A stretch of DNA of 64,000 nt from a virus (taxonomy: Duplodnaviria > Caudoviricetes), in the IMG/VR virus record IMGVR_UViG_3300002307_000018, positions 192,001 through 256,000 of that record; one strand, 5' to 3'. The translations under genes and the position numbers were made by a program. Position 1 is the first letter of the stretch, and each line of letters starts with the position of its first letter. Of the stretch, positions 34,076-44,099 are shown in pieces. Under the pieces are notes generated by a model. The model saw only the letters and a list, made by a program, of their open reading frames with translations, searched no databases and was not told the DNA's origin.

Positions 34076-34104
34076 ATTATAATACAGCAGTGAATATTAG
34101 TCAA
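34076..34104 (-). promoter_or_regulatory. sigma70 promoter at head of tRNA array
   Basis: TTGACT-17-TATAAT. Confidence 0.9.
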
Positions 34105-34426
34105 GGACTATTTTCAATTTCTGTATAGTTATTTATCCATTTCGTAAAAAAGTACTATATAATAGCGATTTTTTACAGTTTACTCTATATTGAGAAAGTA
34201 TTTAGCTTCCTGTACTGCGTCATAATAATTTTTACTGCTTAATCTTTCGTAATTTCTACGGCAATATAAGTCTCCACGTGGCCACCACAATAACACAAAG
34301 TCACTGTGATCATCACGTTCAACTGTCCAAGAGATAGCTTGCATCATCGCATATAACTGTTAATGCAGATAATGGCAATGCCCACTGCTAGAACTATTAA
34401 GTCAATAAAGCCAAAGTACATCCAGA

Positions 34427-34591
34427 TCATGAGTTCACCGTATTGTAGGGACTAAATTCATCTTTTTCAAGAATAACATCAGTATAATCTCTATCATTCC
34501 ATGCTTTAACTACAAGCTCGGCCTCACGTAGACTATAGCCTGACCAGACGGGCACTCCACCGACCCAAACGATATATTTATATTCGCTCAT
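34427..34591 (-). CDS. hypothetical 54-aa protein (not in ORF track)
   Basis: AGGAG SD; behind promoter 34616-34644. Confidence 0.6.
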   Translation of the reverse strand: MSEYKYIVWVGGVPVWSGYSLREAELVVKAWNDRDYTDVILEKDEFSPYNTVNS

Positions 34592-34615
34592 GTATATTCT
34601 CCTATGTATGTGTGT

Positions 34616-34644
34616 AGTATACTTGAAACTGTATTTATTGTCAA
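34616..34644 (-). promoter_or_regulatory. sigma70-type promoter
   Basis: TTGACA-17-TATACT. Confidence 0.8.
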
Positions 34645-35276
34645 GGTTTATTTTCTAGTCTTTTAACTTCTTTATGGTTGTATGAGTATGCTGGGAAAGA
34701 ATCCATATACTTATTATATAAACCAAAAACACCCAATACGGCAATAAAAAGCGCCATAGTACCAAAAACCGGATGGCCAGTAGCGAACAATCGTAATACT
34801 AAGAAAAAAGAAACAAGTCCGACACCGTATGTCAAAAAAACACCAAATGAGTGTTCATGAACCCGTGAGCGGGCATTATCTAAATCTTGCTTATGCTTAT
34901 AAGCTTGTCCCTCGGGAGTAGCATAAAATCGATCCCATTCTTCGGATATTCGTTTGTATTCGGCTTCTTCTTCTTTTTCCAGCCTCATTTGCTCGGCTAA
35001 CTCTAGTGCCTGTTGCTGACGATAACCCGGAATTAGATCAAGCAATTTCTCACGTTGACGATATTCCTCTAGCTGACGTAGTTCCCAGATACGATCACTT
35101 TCAAGTCGTTCTTGACGGCTGGCCTGCTGAGCCATGCGCTCGGCATTTTGCTCAGCTAAATCATTCGCCTGTTTTGTCTGACGATTGATAGCATCGATTT
35201 GCCTGCAGGCGACACAATAGGCGACACCCTCTGACACTGGCTCGTAACAAGTAAAACAACGTGCAATGTAAGTCAT
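34641..35276 (-). CDS. membrane protein with N-terminal CxxC/CxxC and coiled coil
   Basis: CFTC...CVAC; two C-terminal TM helices. Confidence 0.7.
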   Translation of the reverse strand: MTYIARCFTCYEPVSEGVAYCVACRQIDAINRQTKQANDLAEQNAERMAQQASRQERLESDRIWELRQLEEYRQREKLLDLIPGYRQQQALELAEQMRLEKEEEAEYKRISEEWDRFYATPEGQAYKHKQDLDNARSRVHEHSFGVFLTYGVGLVSFFLVLRLFATGHPVFGTMALFIAVLGVFGLYNKYMDSFPAYSYNHKEVKRLENKP

Positions 35277-35291
35277 TAAATATTCCTTAGA

Positions 35292-35567
35292 TTAGTCAAA
35301 CTCACAGCCAACAGAATTGATCAGCGCACGATCATCATGTGCGGCAATCAGTGCATCAGTACGTGCAAGCTCAGACTCCATGATATCACGTACACGCTCA
35401 CGGTCAATGCTATCATACTCAACAGTAATGTTGGGCATAGTCAACAGCACTTCAGTAGCGTCTTCGATATCACTGCGAGTGATATTCATTGGGTAGATGC
35501 CCGTAGTGGGATTGTAAAAGCTGTAAACGTAGTCTACAAACTTAGTGAATGCGTGATTGTGTGTCAT
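35292..35567 (-). CDS. hypothetical protein
   Basis: 91-aa ORF. Confidence 0.65.
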   Translation of the reverse strand: MTHNHAFTKFVDYVYSFYNPTTGIYPMNITRSDIEDATEVLLTMPNITVEYDSIDRERVRDIMESELARTDALIAAHDDRALINSVGCEFD

Positions 35568-35616
35568 GTGATGCCCTTGTGTTTAGTGTAGTGCGTCACA
35601 GTAGTGACGCTTGAGA

Positions 35617-35874
35617 CTAGAGATTGATCTGACTCATCATTTCAGACCACTGCGACCATGTCATACAGTAGCCCTCGTACTTGCACTCGTACTGCAAGTT
35701 GTCACCCTTGTTACCCGTGCCCTCTGGCACTTGCTTGATGCTGCGTAACCAAGGCTTAGCGTGTTGCATCACGTAGCTTACGTAGTCAGTACTGTACTCA
35801 GCTTTGAACATCACGTCACCCAACGTGTCAGATACGACACGAATATCAAGCCCTGCGACACCGTACTTAAGCAT
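35617..35874 (-). CDS. hypothetical protein
   Basis: AAGGA SD, own promoter. Confidence 0.65.
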   Translation of the reverse strand: MLKYGVAGLDIRVVSDTLGDVMFKAEYSTDYVSYVMQHAKPWLRSIKQVPEGTGNKGDNLQYECKYEGYCMTWSQWSEMMSQINL

Positions 35875-35904
35875 TGTTACTTCCTTTCTCATTGAACAGT
35901 ACAT

Positions 35905-35933
35905 ATTATAGCAGTTCTGCCATTTACTGTCAA
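35905..35933 (-). promoter_or_regulatory. sigma70-type promoter
   Basis: TTGACA-17-TATAAT. Confidence 0.85.
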
Positions 35934-35954
35934 GGATTATCGTTACTAAGTGTG

Positions 35955-36085
35955 TTTTAGTACTAAATGTAGCTTAGCTACTAAGCGTGATTTAGTGTAT
36001 TAAGAGCATTTTAGTACTAAATTGTGCTTAATATAAGCATATTTTAGTACTAAACGTAGCTTAATATAAGCATATTTCAGTACTG
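35955..36085. repeat. AT-rich palindromic repeat cluster
   Basis: TTTAGTACTAAA x3; GCTTAATATAAGCATATTT x2. Confidence 0.7.
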
Positions 36086-36099
36086 TTTTTATAATAGTG

Positions 36100-36122
36100 A
36101 TAAATACTATCAGCGATAAATA
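36100..36122 (+). promoter_or_regulatory. tandem T4-late-like motif
   Basis: ATAAATACTATCAG duplicated before AGGAG SD. Confidence 0.6.
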
Positions 36123-36140
36123 CTATCAGGAGCAATTACT

Positions 36141-36470
36141 ATGACCAATACAACCGTTATTACAATAACCAGACCCAACACTAGTGTCAATTTTTTCTAT
36201 GACAGTATATACTGGTATACCGCACATTACAAAGTTTCACCAGTATATTCTGACTTTTGCAATCAGGGAAAAATTCTTAGTCTAGATAAGAATCTTAGTA
36301 CTGATGAATTGACAAGTACTAGAACGATTATTTTTTCTAACTCAGCCGCAAAAGATGAGTTTGGCACATTGATGTGTCAAGCACTTGGACTGTCTGTTGA
36401 TGAGTTTATGAAGGTTAGACAAGAGTATTGCGATACATCTGGCCATACCATAAACATTATCGAATTATAA
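36141..36470 (+). CDS. hypothetical protein
   Basis: AGGAG SD; MTNTTVITITRPNTSVNFF. Confidence 0.75.
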   Translation: MTNTTVITITRPNTSVNFFYDSIYWYTAHYKVSPVYSDFCNQGKILSLDKNLSTDELTSTRTIIFSNSAAKDEFGTLMCQALGLSVDEFMKVRQEYCDTSGHTINIIEL

Positions 36471-37067
36471 TTATCGAAATTCCGGCTTTATAGTCACTCG
36501 ACGTACAGCCAAAGTTTTGTTATGTGGGTAAGATATTGCGCTCATGCCGATATCTCCTATCAAATTTGAAATGTACGGCCATTTAACATCGTCTGGAGAC
36601 TTGAGAGTCTGTACGTTTATAAAATCATAGCGTTCACTGATGTACGAATTTGATTTCGAGATAATGTCTTTAGTCTGACCTTTTCTACTTAGATGTTCAG
36701 TATCTCTTATCACGTAATAAAATTCATATCGTTCATCTGATTCTGCATTTCTAATACATTGTTCCATAATTGCGCCAGTCACGGTGATCATTTTTTTACC
36801 GTAGAACATGTTGCCGCTGGTCATTAAAAATAGATTGGTCAACGTCCAAACAGGCATGGTGACCCAAAAGAACTGAGAACATATACCCATGCACTCGTCA
36901 TCAATGAATGCCCCAACCGCATATGAGTTTTCAATATTACTTATATATCTTTGAATATAAATGTCATGTTGAATCGGAACCCCGTACATTGTATCGTGTT
37001 TGTAAACACAATTCTCAATGATGTCTAGATCGGCCATTGTTAAATTTCTGACAGAAATTTCACTCAT
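36471..37067 (-). CDS. GNAT-fold-like protein
   Basis: VRNLTMADL...AVGAFIDDECMGIC strand pattern. Confidence 0.45.
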   Translation of the reverse strand: MSEISVRNLTMADLDIIENCVYKHDTMYGVPIQHDIYIQRYISNIENSYAVGAFIDDECMGICSQFFWVTMPVWTLTNLFLMTSGNMFYGKKMITVTGAIMEQCIRNAESDERYEFYYVIRDTEHLSRKGQTKDIISKSNSYISERYDFINVQTLKSPDDVKWPYISNLIGDIGMSAISYPHNKTLAVRRVTIKPEFR

Positions 37068-37702
37068 TTTATAATATAGTCACTATATTTTTTATAACTT
37101 TCATCTAACAACTCTAGATGTCTGGCTTCGTCGAGTACTCCACCGCCTATGATAAGGATAATTTTTCTTTTTCCTTCCTTTGGTATAATACTACCATGAG
37201 GCTTTGATCTATTGCTGAATACCCATGTATTGGTGTCTGTTGGATATCTTGGATGCTGATAGGTAGTACATTCTACGTCATTACACATATAAAACGTTTC
37301 GTGATCTTCATTGAGCAAAGAAATTCTATAAGAAGCTGGCTCTAGATGATCTATAGAGTTTTTGCCCATATAGTCAGTATGAGGCTTAACATCAATGATC
37401 TGTTCGAGCAAATACACACAGACCATTGATGTAAATGGCAAACTCTCTACTGCCTGAACCACTTCTGGGAATATCTTCTTAAAGTCTGGTCTCCATCCGC
37501 TACCGGGTATTTCGCCGGGCGTCTCTGGTATCAGCGGTGATTTGATTACAACGTGATTCCAAGGTTGATCAATGTCTGCTGCCCATGGATAGTCTACTCT
37601 GGATCCTCGTTTGTCGATGAATTTTTTTATTTTTTCTGCGTCGCATTGAACCATTGGTACTGCCAACGGCATATATATTACATCTTTAATAAGTTCGTTC
37701 AT
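37064..37702 (-). CDS. 2OG-Fe(II) oxygenase-like protein
   Basis: PHTD ... PHGS ... RK. Confidence 0.65.
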   Translation of the reverse strand: MNELIKDVIYMPLAVPMVQCDAEKIKKFIDKRGSRVDYPWAADIDQPWNHVVIKSPLIPETPGEIPGSGWRPDFKKIFPEVVQAVESLPFTSMVCVYLLEQIIDVKPHTDYMGKNSIDHLEPASYRISLLNEDHETFYMCNDVECTTYQHPRYPTDTNTWVFSNRSKPHGSIIPKEGKRKIILIIGGGVLDEARHLELLDESYKKYSDYIIK

Positions 37703-38445
37703 ACCTTAAACACCTTTTCAATAACCCATGCGTAGATATCTGTCTCATTAGTAACTTTGTAACTATAGTTTTTGGGATCACTGTGATGATTATTATGATG
37801 TCCAGCCCCTGTGAGTACGTTGAGAACTGTACTATTCAACCCAACTGCGTTTTCATTAGTTTTCACCCCAACCTTACCATGAGCAAAAATATTCACAGCG
37901 CAAGTCATCAGATACCACATTGCACTTCCAGCAACGATGAAATAAAACAAATAGAAACTGATAAAATACGTAGTGATCCACAGTGCTGTCCACAACAACC
38001 AGTAGTACTTGTTTTCAAATATAAAGTATGCTTTGTTTTTGGAACGTATGAGATCAGCAATCACTGATATTTTATAATCTTGTCTAGGAAACAAACCAAG
38101 AATCAACTTCCATGCAGGAATAAACAAAGGACTGTGTGGGTCTTGCTCAGTGTCCTCGTATGCGTGATGGCATCGATGCACTGCCACCCACGATAGCGTT
38201 GCTCCTTGACCAGTCAAAAATGCAAAGAACAGTAGTACTTTTTCTTTCATTGGAGTAGTCTTGTATGTTTTATGAGACAAATAGCGATGTATCGATATCT
38301 CGCTAATACAGCCAAAGAAGTAGCTGGCAGCTATAATAACAAATACAGTGTAAACATCAAAAAAAAGTACCGTTGCTGACCAAAACAGTATTTGATTAGT
38401 CCATACAACGAATAGGGTTTGATAATAAGGATGTAGATTCTTCAT
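37699..38445 (-). CDS. membrane fatty acyl desaturase (delta9-like)
   Basis: His boxes HRYLSH, HRCHH, HHNNHH; TM helices. Confidence 0.9.
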   Translation of the reverse strand: MKNLHPYYQTLFVVWTNQILFWSATVLFFDVYTVFVIIAASYFFGCISEISIHRYLSHKTYKTTPMKEKVLLFFAFLTGQGATLSWVAVHRCHHAYEDTEQDPHSPLFIPAWKLILGLFPRQDYKISVIADLIRSKNKAYFIFENKYYWLLWTALWITTYFISFYLFYFIVAGSAMWYLMTCAVNIFAHGKVGVKTNENAVGLNSTVLNVLTGAGHHNNHHSDPKNYSYKVTNETDIYAWVIEKVFKV

Positions 38446-38486
38446 AATGTTATTTAGCTAAGAGCACAGCGAACATAAATATATTT

Positions 38487-39035
38487 ATGGCCTACTGCGA
38501 CTTTATAAACTTCAACTACAGTGGTGAGAAAATCATTGAATTTCTTCCTCAAATCATTTCATTGAATCCCAAATTTGCAAAAAACGTGTATAGCTGCGGA
38601 CCTGATTTTACCAAGAAAATTGAATCGATTTTGAATCTGAAAAATTTTGATAGAATTTTGTACTTTGTTATGCCACCCAAGCATAAAAGTAGAATTCACA
38701 TTGACATGAACACTGAAACTAAGCAAGTTCAAAAAATATCATTTAATCTGCCATTAACTCAGTGCAGTAGTGTGGTCATGAATTGGTACAGTAAAAATCC
38801 CAATGCACCAATCGGTCAGAATCTAGGATCACATATGTCATCGTTTCCTGTACTAGAGCTAAGCGACTCGACATTGTTGTCAACGTACGAGTTAAATCGT
38901 CCAATGATTGCAACAGTAGATTCGTGGCACAATGTTGAAAATCATAATGAAACGGGTTACGATGAACATTTTATTAGCATTAGATTTCCTCTAGAAACGA
39001 CATACGAGGATATCTTAGAAATGATACCGCAATAG
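38487..39035 (+). CDS. 2OG-Fe(II) oxygenase-like protein
   Basis: IHID ... DSWHNV ... SIR. Confidence 0.7.
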   Translation: MAYCDFINFNYSGEKIIEFLPQIISLNPKFAKNVYSCGPDFTKKIESILNLKNFDRILYFVMPPKHKSRIHIDMNTETKQVQKISFNLPLTQCSSVVMNWYSKNPNAPIGQNLGSHMSSFPVLELSDSTLLSTYELNRPMIATVDSWHNVENHNETGYDEHFISIRFPLETTYEDILEMIPQ

Positions 39036-39123
39036 ATCGATCTATTAGGTCATCAAGCGCATTTTAGTTTTGTTTTTATGCAAGACAGTGTATGCGTATA
39101 AATAATAAAAACGGAGCATATTT

Positions 39124-39789
39124 ATGCATATGATATCAAACGATGGCTCACTGAGTGGCTGGGCTAAGAAGATTGAAGCCGAGATTCTGGCTTATCCACG
39201 TGATTGGTTTTGGCCACGTGATGCTAATCACAAGATTTTTGAGCAGGCAAAAATGATATTCATGAATCGTAATCTAAATTACTTTCATGTGGGTAACATG
39301 GTCGCAGCAGTATGCGAGGGTGATGAGTACAATCCCAATCTAGAAATGACTAGAAAGTTCTGTGGTTACAGTAGAACTCTGAGTGGCGATACTGGCCCAT
39401 TTGGTCGTATGTGTACTTGGAATTTGCAAGCTAATAAAGCACTGTTGCCGCACGTAGATGCGTACAAATATCACTTTAACATTGTTAGAAACATATTCAT
39501 TGTCAGTGGAAACAATAGTAGCGAAGTAACTATCAACATCAATGACGAGAATGTTGAAGTAAAACAGGGCACACTATTTCAGTTTAGCCCAGCAACCGAA
39601 CGTCATGCGTTTGTCAATACTAGTAGCGTTCCATTTTATTTTCTTGGCTATGACTTTTGGATTCCGGGAAAACTTAAAGAGCTAATGAAAGACAGTAAGT
39701 CAATCGTCGCTCTTATGAATAATCAAGAAAGACTAACAAAATTTGACAACCCAAAAGTTACTAATCACAAATACATTTCAAAGCACTAA
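39124..39789 (+). CDS. 2OG-Fe(II) oxygenase (AspH-like)
   Basis: PHVD ... RHAFVN; TATAAATA upstream. Confidence 0.65.
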   Translation: MHMISNDGSLSGWAKKIEAEILAYPRDWFWPRDANHKIFEQAKMIFMNRNLNYFHVGNMVAAVCEGDEYNPNLEMTRKFCGYSRTLSGDTGPFGRMCTWNLQANKALLPHVDAYKYHFNIVRNIFIVSGNNSSEVTININDENVEVKQGTLFQFSPATERHAFVNTSSVPFYFLGYDFWIPGKLKELMKDSKSIVALMNNQERLTKFDNPKVTNHKYISKH

Positions 39790-40358
39790 TAGTCAACAGT
39801 ATAGGAAATGATGTAACGATCACACTCAGTAGACAATGACTCAACTGAATGAGTCAATGATGTATTTAATAAGTATACATCATGATCTTGCATGACGTAC
39901 GATTGATCCCCGACACAAGTTCTACCCGTATTTGAATTCTTAAGACCAATGTTCAGTGTTAAACTGCGAGTTGAGTCTATGTGAGCAAGAACCGTACATC
40001 CTCTTTGCTGCTTAATAATACCAATTCTTTCAGAGTTGACATTATGTTTTAAAAAACGATCTAACAAACTATTTGAATTGATCATTGTTCGTCTGACATG
40101 ATATTTCAATAGTATGAGATTGTTGACAATTGAGTCGCACTCCTTTGGTAGATTTATATATACATTTCTAGCAAATCTAATGTCAGATGGAAGGTAACGT
40201 TGCCAATGCAATTCTCCCGTAGGAGAATGATACACTCTAGGATTGTTTGGATCATTGGGATCGCTAAGATCACCGCCAATTTTCGATATCATACTGTCAA
40301 TATCAAAGTCAAACTTAAAGTCAGTTGATAGTTTAAAGAATCCGTCAAACATTGTCAA
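39786..40358 (-). CDS. 2OG-Fe(II) oxygenase-like protein
   Basis: AHID ... LNTSLTHSV ... RYIIS. Confidence 0.7.
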   Translation of the reverse strand: MTMFDGFFKLSTDFKFDFDIDSMISKIGGDLSDPNDPNNPRVYHSPTGELHWQRYLPSDIRFARNVYINLPKECDSIVNNLILLKYHVRRTMINSNSLLDRFLKHNVNSERIGIIKQQRGCTVLAHIDSTRSLTLNIGLKNSNTGRTCVGDQSYVMQDHDVYLLNTSLTHSVESLSTECDRYIISYTVDY

Positions 40359-40990
40359 ATTCCGAATAGTATACGCTTAGCATCTGCAAAATACATTTTG
40401 TGCGGTTCTTTAAACCGTAACGTTAACATTACTCGCATGTTAGATGATTGGCTATTGTTCCAATCGTGAAATATTTCAGTATTGAACAGTATACACTCAC
40501 CCTGCTTAGCAGTCATTGATTTAAGTGGCACATGCTTTCCTCTGACAAATCCTCTGGCTTCTCTAGAGCGGCCGTTTATAGTGTCGATGGGATATATAGA
40601 CAAGTCTTTATCGTCATACCAGCTAGTCACGCATTTGTCATCATTGATTTGTACACTGTAGTTAATGCCGCATCTGACCGCCAAACCATCTTTATGAGGT
40701 CTGTAAATACATCTGGGCGCAGATATAAAGAACGATACTCGTGTATCATCAACATTGAGTGCGTCACGCATTGGCACATTTTCTAGTAACTTTTGTCCAG
40801 ATGATTGATCTAGCTTATAATGTACAAATGACTTGCGACCATTTTTATCAAGATAGGTTGATGGTTGTTCATCAATCATTTTTTGATAGTCATAATGTTC
40901 AGATGAACAGTGCTCAAATACTTGTTCGATACCAGAATAAGTGAATCTTATATAGTATGGACTACAGTCCTCGATAATATTATAAATCAT
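40355..40990 (-). CDS. 2OG-Fe(II) oxygenase-like protein
   Basis: PHKD ... FNTEIFHD ... R. Confidence 0.7.
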   Translation of the reverse strand: MIYNIIEDCSPYYIRFTYSGIEQVFEHCSSEHYDYQKMIDEQPSTYLDKNGRKSFVHYKLDQSSGQKLLENVPMRDALNVDDTRVSFFISAPRCIYRPHKDGLAVRCGINYSVQINDDKCVTSWYDDKDLSIYPIDTINGRSREARGFVRGKHVPLKSMTAKQGECILFNTEIFHDWNNSQSSNMRVMLTLRFKEPHKMYFADAKRILFGI

Positions 40991-42495
40991 AGTTTTGCCA
41001 GTTGATCAAAATAATCAGTATATCTAGCCAAATTTAAACTTTTAAGTTCAACCCAGTCAATATCTTTGATTGGCGTCTTTAACAAAAACTCTTTACTGTA
41101 ACCAAGAGACATCATTGTACCCAAATTCCATATACTGATCTTTCTATAATTGGTTGTTTTGTTATGTGTAAAAATTTGCTGAGTTACTGCCATGGCTCGT
41201 TTCTCAGTCCAAGTTTCGTTGCTCCATCTATTTTGTTCATCAAACGAAAAACCATACTTACTTGCGTTCTTATCAAACTCACTTTGTATTGTGTATTTGG
41301 TATTTTTATTGTTGTTTCCGAACAATCCCAGTTTATGAAACACCACTGTGTATAGATCATTGTCTTGTACCCATCGCTGAGTATTCCACAAATCTTGCTC
41401 TGTTTCTTTGGGTAAACCAACAATGAAACTCAATGTCATTGGAATCTTAGATTCCCATAGATCATGATATAGCTTTGGTATATACTCTCTTGCATGTTTT
41501 CCCGACCATGCTTTACCTACTAGATTACTAGCGTATGGGTGTAAACTTTCTAAACCGTGAAATGCTCCAAACAATCCGCTGTCTTTGAGCAAGTAAGCAG
41601 TGTCTGGAAATCTGTCAATCAAGTCTGCACGTAAGTACGCACTATATGTAATTTTAAATGGTAAACTTTGAACCATGTCATTGAATGCTCTAAGCTTTAT
41701 TTCGGTGTCATTGAACGTATCATCTAGTATCATGTAGTTGTTGGTACCAAACTTGGCATAGTTATCTAGCATTTCTTCTTTGATATATTCCATGCCACGA
41801 ATGTAATCTAACTTACCCTTGCCTAAGTGAGGGTACTGACAGAATCTGCAAGCAAAGATACAGCCACGACTGATATCTAATGGCAAGGGTTCATTTTTCA
41901 AAACAACATCACTTTCATTCCATTTGAAATCATCGTGTTCGATATTGTACTTGGGATTTCTAGCAGTGTCGTACATCATTCTGAACTTGGGATTTTCTAT
42001 TGAGTTTAACCCATAGTAATTAGTATGCAACTTGCCTAGTGGTAGTTGAGTTCCTTTTTTATAATGATCTAGATACTCTAAGAAGATATCCTCACACGCA
42101 TTGGTATAACTCATAACAGTAGCGTGTGGTATACCGCCCATGTACAAGTGATCAGAGCCGTATCCTCCTATTACAAACTTTATATTGGGATACTCTCGCT
42201 TAATTCTAAGACCCACATCAATGATATGCTTAGGAAACGAAGATAATCTACCATCAGGCCACTTGTGCATCTTGAATGCCATGAACGTAGCTGATACACC
42301 TATTACTGTGGTGTCACTCGTGATAAATTTCTTAGTGTACGTATACAGTTGCTCTTCGGACATATGAACAATAAAGTCAATGACTTGAGCACTATAGCCG
42401 TGCTTACGAATCCAGTGAGCAAGTTTATAGGGACCAATGTATCTAGTAAAATAGTTCCAATCTTGTGGGTCTGAATTCCAAAAAATAACGTCCAA
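40987..42495 (-). CDS. B12-binding-domain radical SAM enzyme
   Basis: N-terminal B12-like domain; SRGCIFACRFC; LDDTFN; FIVGLP. Confidence 0.88.
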   Translation of the reverse strand: MDVIFWNSDPQDWNYFTRYIGPYKLAHWIRKHGYSAQVIDFIVHMSEEQLYTYTKKFITSDTTVIGVSATFMAFKMHKWPDGRLSSFPKHIIDVGLRIKREYPNIKFVIGGYGSDHLYMGGIPHATVMSYTNACEDIFLEYLDHYKKGTQLPLGKLHTNYYGLNSIENPKFRMMYDTARNPKYNIEHDDFKWNESDVVLKNEPLPLDISRGCIFACRFCQYPHLGKGKLDYIRGMEYIKEEMLDNYAKFGTNNYMILDDTFNDTEIKLRAFNDMVQSLPFKITYSAYLRADLIDRFPDTAYLLKDSGLFGAFHGLESLHPYASNLVGKAWSGKHAREYIPKLYHDLWESKIPMTLSFIVGLPKETEQDLWNTQRWVQDNDLYTVVFHKLGLFGNNNKNTKYTIQSEFDKNASKYGFSFDEQNRWSNETWTEKRAMAVTQQIFTHNKTTNYRKISIWNLGTMMSLGYSKEFLLKTPIKDIDWVELKSLNLARYTDYFDQLAKL

Positions 42496-42570
42496 CTTAT
42501 TGTCTCCAAGTAAAAATATTTATCACTAGCTGTAATCTTTTATAAATATTAGCACACATAAGGTTAAGCA

Positions 42571-43521
42571 ATGTATATCACGCATGAAAATCATTTCAAA
42601 TTTGGATGGGGAAGTGGTCTTTATAACTTTGAAGATCAGACCGAAGAGTACTGGGCCAAATTTGGTCGTGCTGCTTATATACCAATCTCATTTAGAGCAG
42701 AGTGTATCAGAGCAGCCGAACTAATCGGTAAGCACAGTGAGAGTCCCATTATGATTTGTTTTAGTGGGGGTCTAAGCAGCGAGATAGTTGTAAAATCTTT
42801 TCTAGAAGCGGAAGTTCCATTTGAAGTAGTGATTATGAAACTTAACTTTGACAACGAAGATAATATCAACTACTATGATACCAAGTACGCAGTTGATTTT
42901 TGTCGTGATCACGACATTAACGTTAACTATATAACTGTTGATCTGATTGATTTTTTCAGAAACGTGTTGCCTGATTTAGCTCGACACTATAAAACTAATA
43001 ACTGGGAAACATTGTTACACATACAAATGATTAAACAATTTCCCAAACATCATCTTGTTATGGGCGGCGGAGATATGAATCTACGTCGTCATCGTAATTA
43101 CGGCCGTAACAAACTTGAAGGACTATTCATCGAAGAAGAATTGGTCTCTATTGCTGCAATCGAAACCGCACGAGAAGTGGGTGCCACCGGAGTGTCCTCT
43201 CGCTTCTTTTTTCATACACCCGAACTAATGCTAGCATGGTTACTAGACAATGATGTTAGTCATTGGATCAAGTACGAGGCTGCCGTGTTTAACAAGTTTG
43301 TTAATATGAATCACTGGGCCATTAAGCCATATACATTGTATCGTCATTGGCCCGATTGTGTTATTCGCTCTAAAGTTACGGGAAATGAACGTGCAATGGC
43401 TAAGATGAGTCAGTCCAGCGAGCATAGAGACATCAAATTATTTTTAGAGAATCTTAACATATACAAACGAGCAGAAGTAATCATTGACTATAAAGACTTA
43501 ATGTACTGGTTGAATCCGTGA
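42571..43521 (+). CDS. PP-loop-like protein, degenerate motif (paralog of 47701-48621)
   Basis: CFSGGLSSEIV instead of SGG.DS. Confidence 0.7.
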   Translation: MYITHENHFKFGWGSGLYNFEDQTEEYWAKFGRAAYIPISFRAECIRAAELIGKHSESPIMICFSGGLSSEIVVKSFLEAEVPFEVVIMKLNFDNEDNINYYDTKYAVDFCRDHDINVNYITVDLIDFFRNVLPDLARHYKTNNWETLLHIQMIKQFPKHHLVMGGGDMNLRRHRNYGRNKLEGLFIEEELVSIAAIETAREVGATGVSSRFFFHTPELMLAWLLDNDVSHWIKYEAAVFNKFVNMNHWAIKPYTLYRHWPDCVIRSKVTGNERAMAKMSQSSEHRDIKLFLENLNIYKRAEVIIDYKDLMYWLNP

Positions 43522-44099
43522 TAGTTAACGCAATCAATCATCATGACAGTAGTTTGAACCAGCCAATGACTGCACTGATTGACCCTGATGATCATGGTAA
43601 ATGGGCAGTTAGATATGTTTGGATTCAACACACAGACAATACACAGTTCTTATCCAACTACTTTAAAGATGGTAATACCAAAAACGTTAACGTACGTGCA
43701 ATGACTACTCATATCGGCGGAGACTGGCGATATCATAATAAAATATTTGAGTTAGGTGCCAAGAATGGAGACTTAGTATGGCGTGTTAAAGTGCTAAACA
43801 CAATTAGCAACAGCATTGACTATATTGAAGTATGGCGTAACAAGGACTTAATTAACGATTACTTTAACGATCATGATAGCAATAGCGTGTTGACTGATGG
43901 ATCTATTTGGGTCAGTGCAAGCAAAAAGAACTTGTCACGTGAAATTTTCAATACAGGATTCATTACCAGAACTTGGATTCCACCCATGAATATCTCTTGC
44001 TTACAAGCTATCAATTACTATACTGATTTTGTTACCAAGTCATCAAAGCACGACAACTGCATTATTAACACTAAATTCAACTCAACGCTTTATCTTTGA
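43518..44099 (+). CDS. hypothetical protein
   Basis: GTGA overlap within operon. Confidence 0.65.
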   Translation: MIVNAINHHDSSLNQPMTALIDPDDHGKWAVRYVWIQHTDNTQFLSNYFKDGNTKNVNVRAMTTHIGGDWRYHNKIFELGAKNGDLVWRVKVLNTISNSIDYIEVWRNKDLINDYFNDHDSNSVLTDGSIWVSASKKNLSREIFNTGFITRTWIPPMNISCLQAINYYTDFVTKSSKHDNCIINTKFNSTLYL

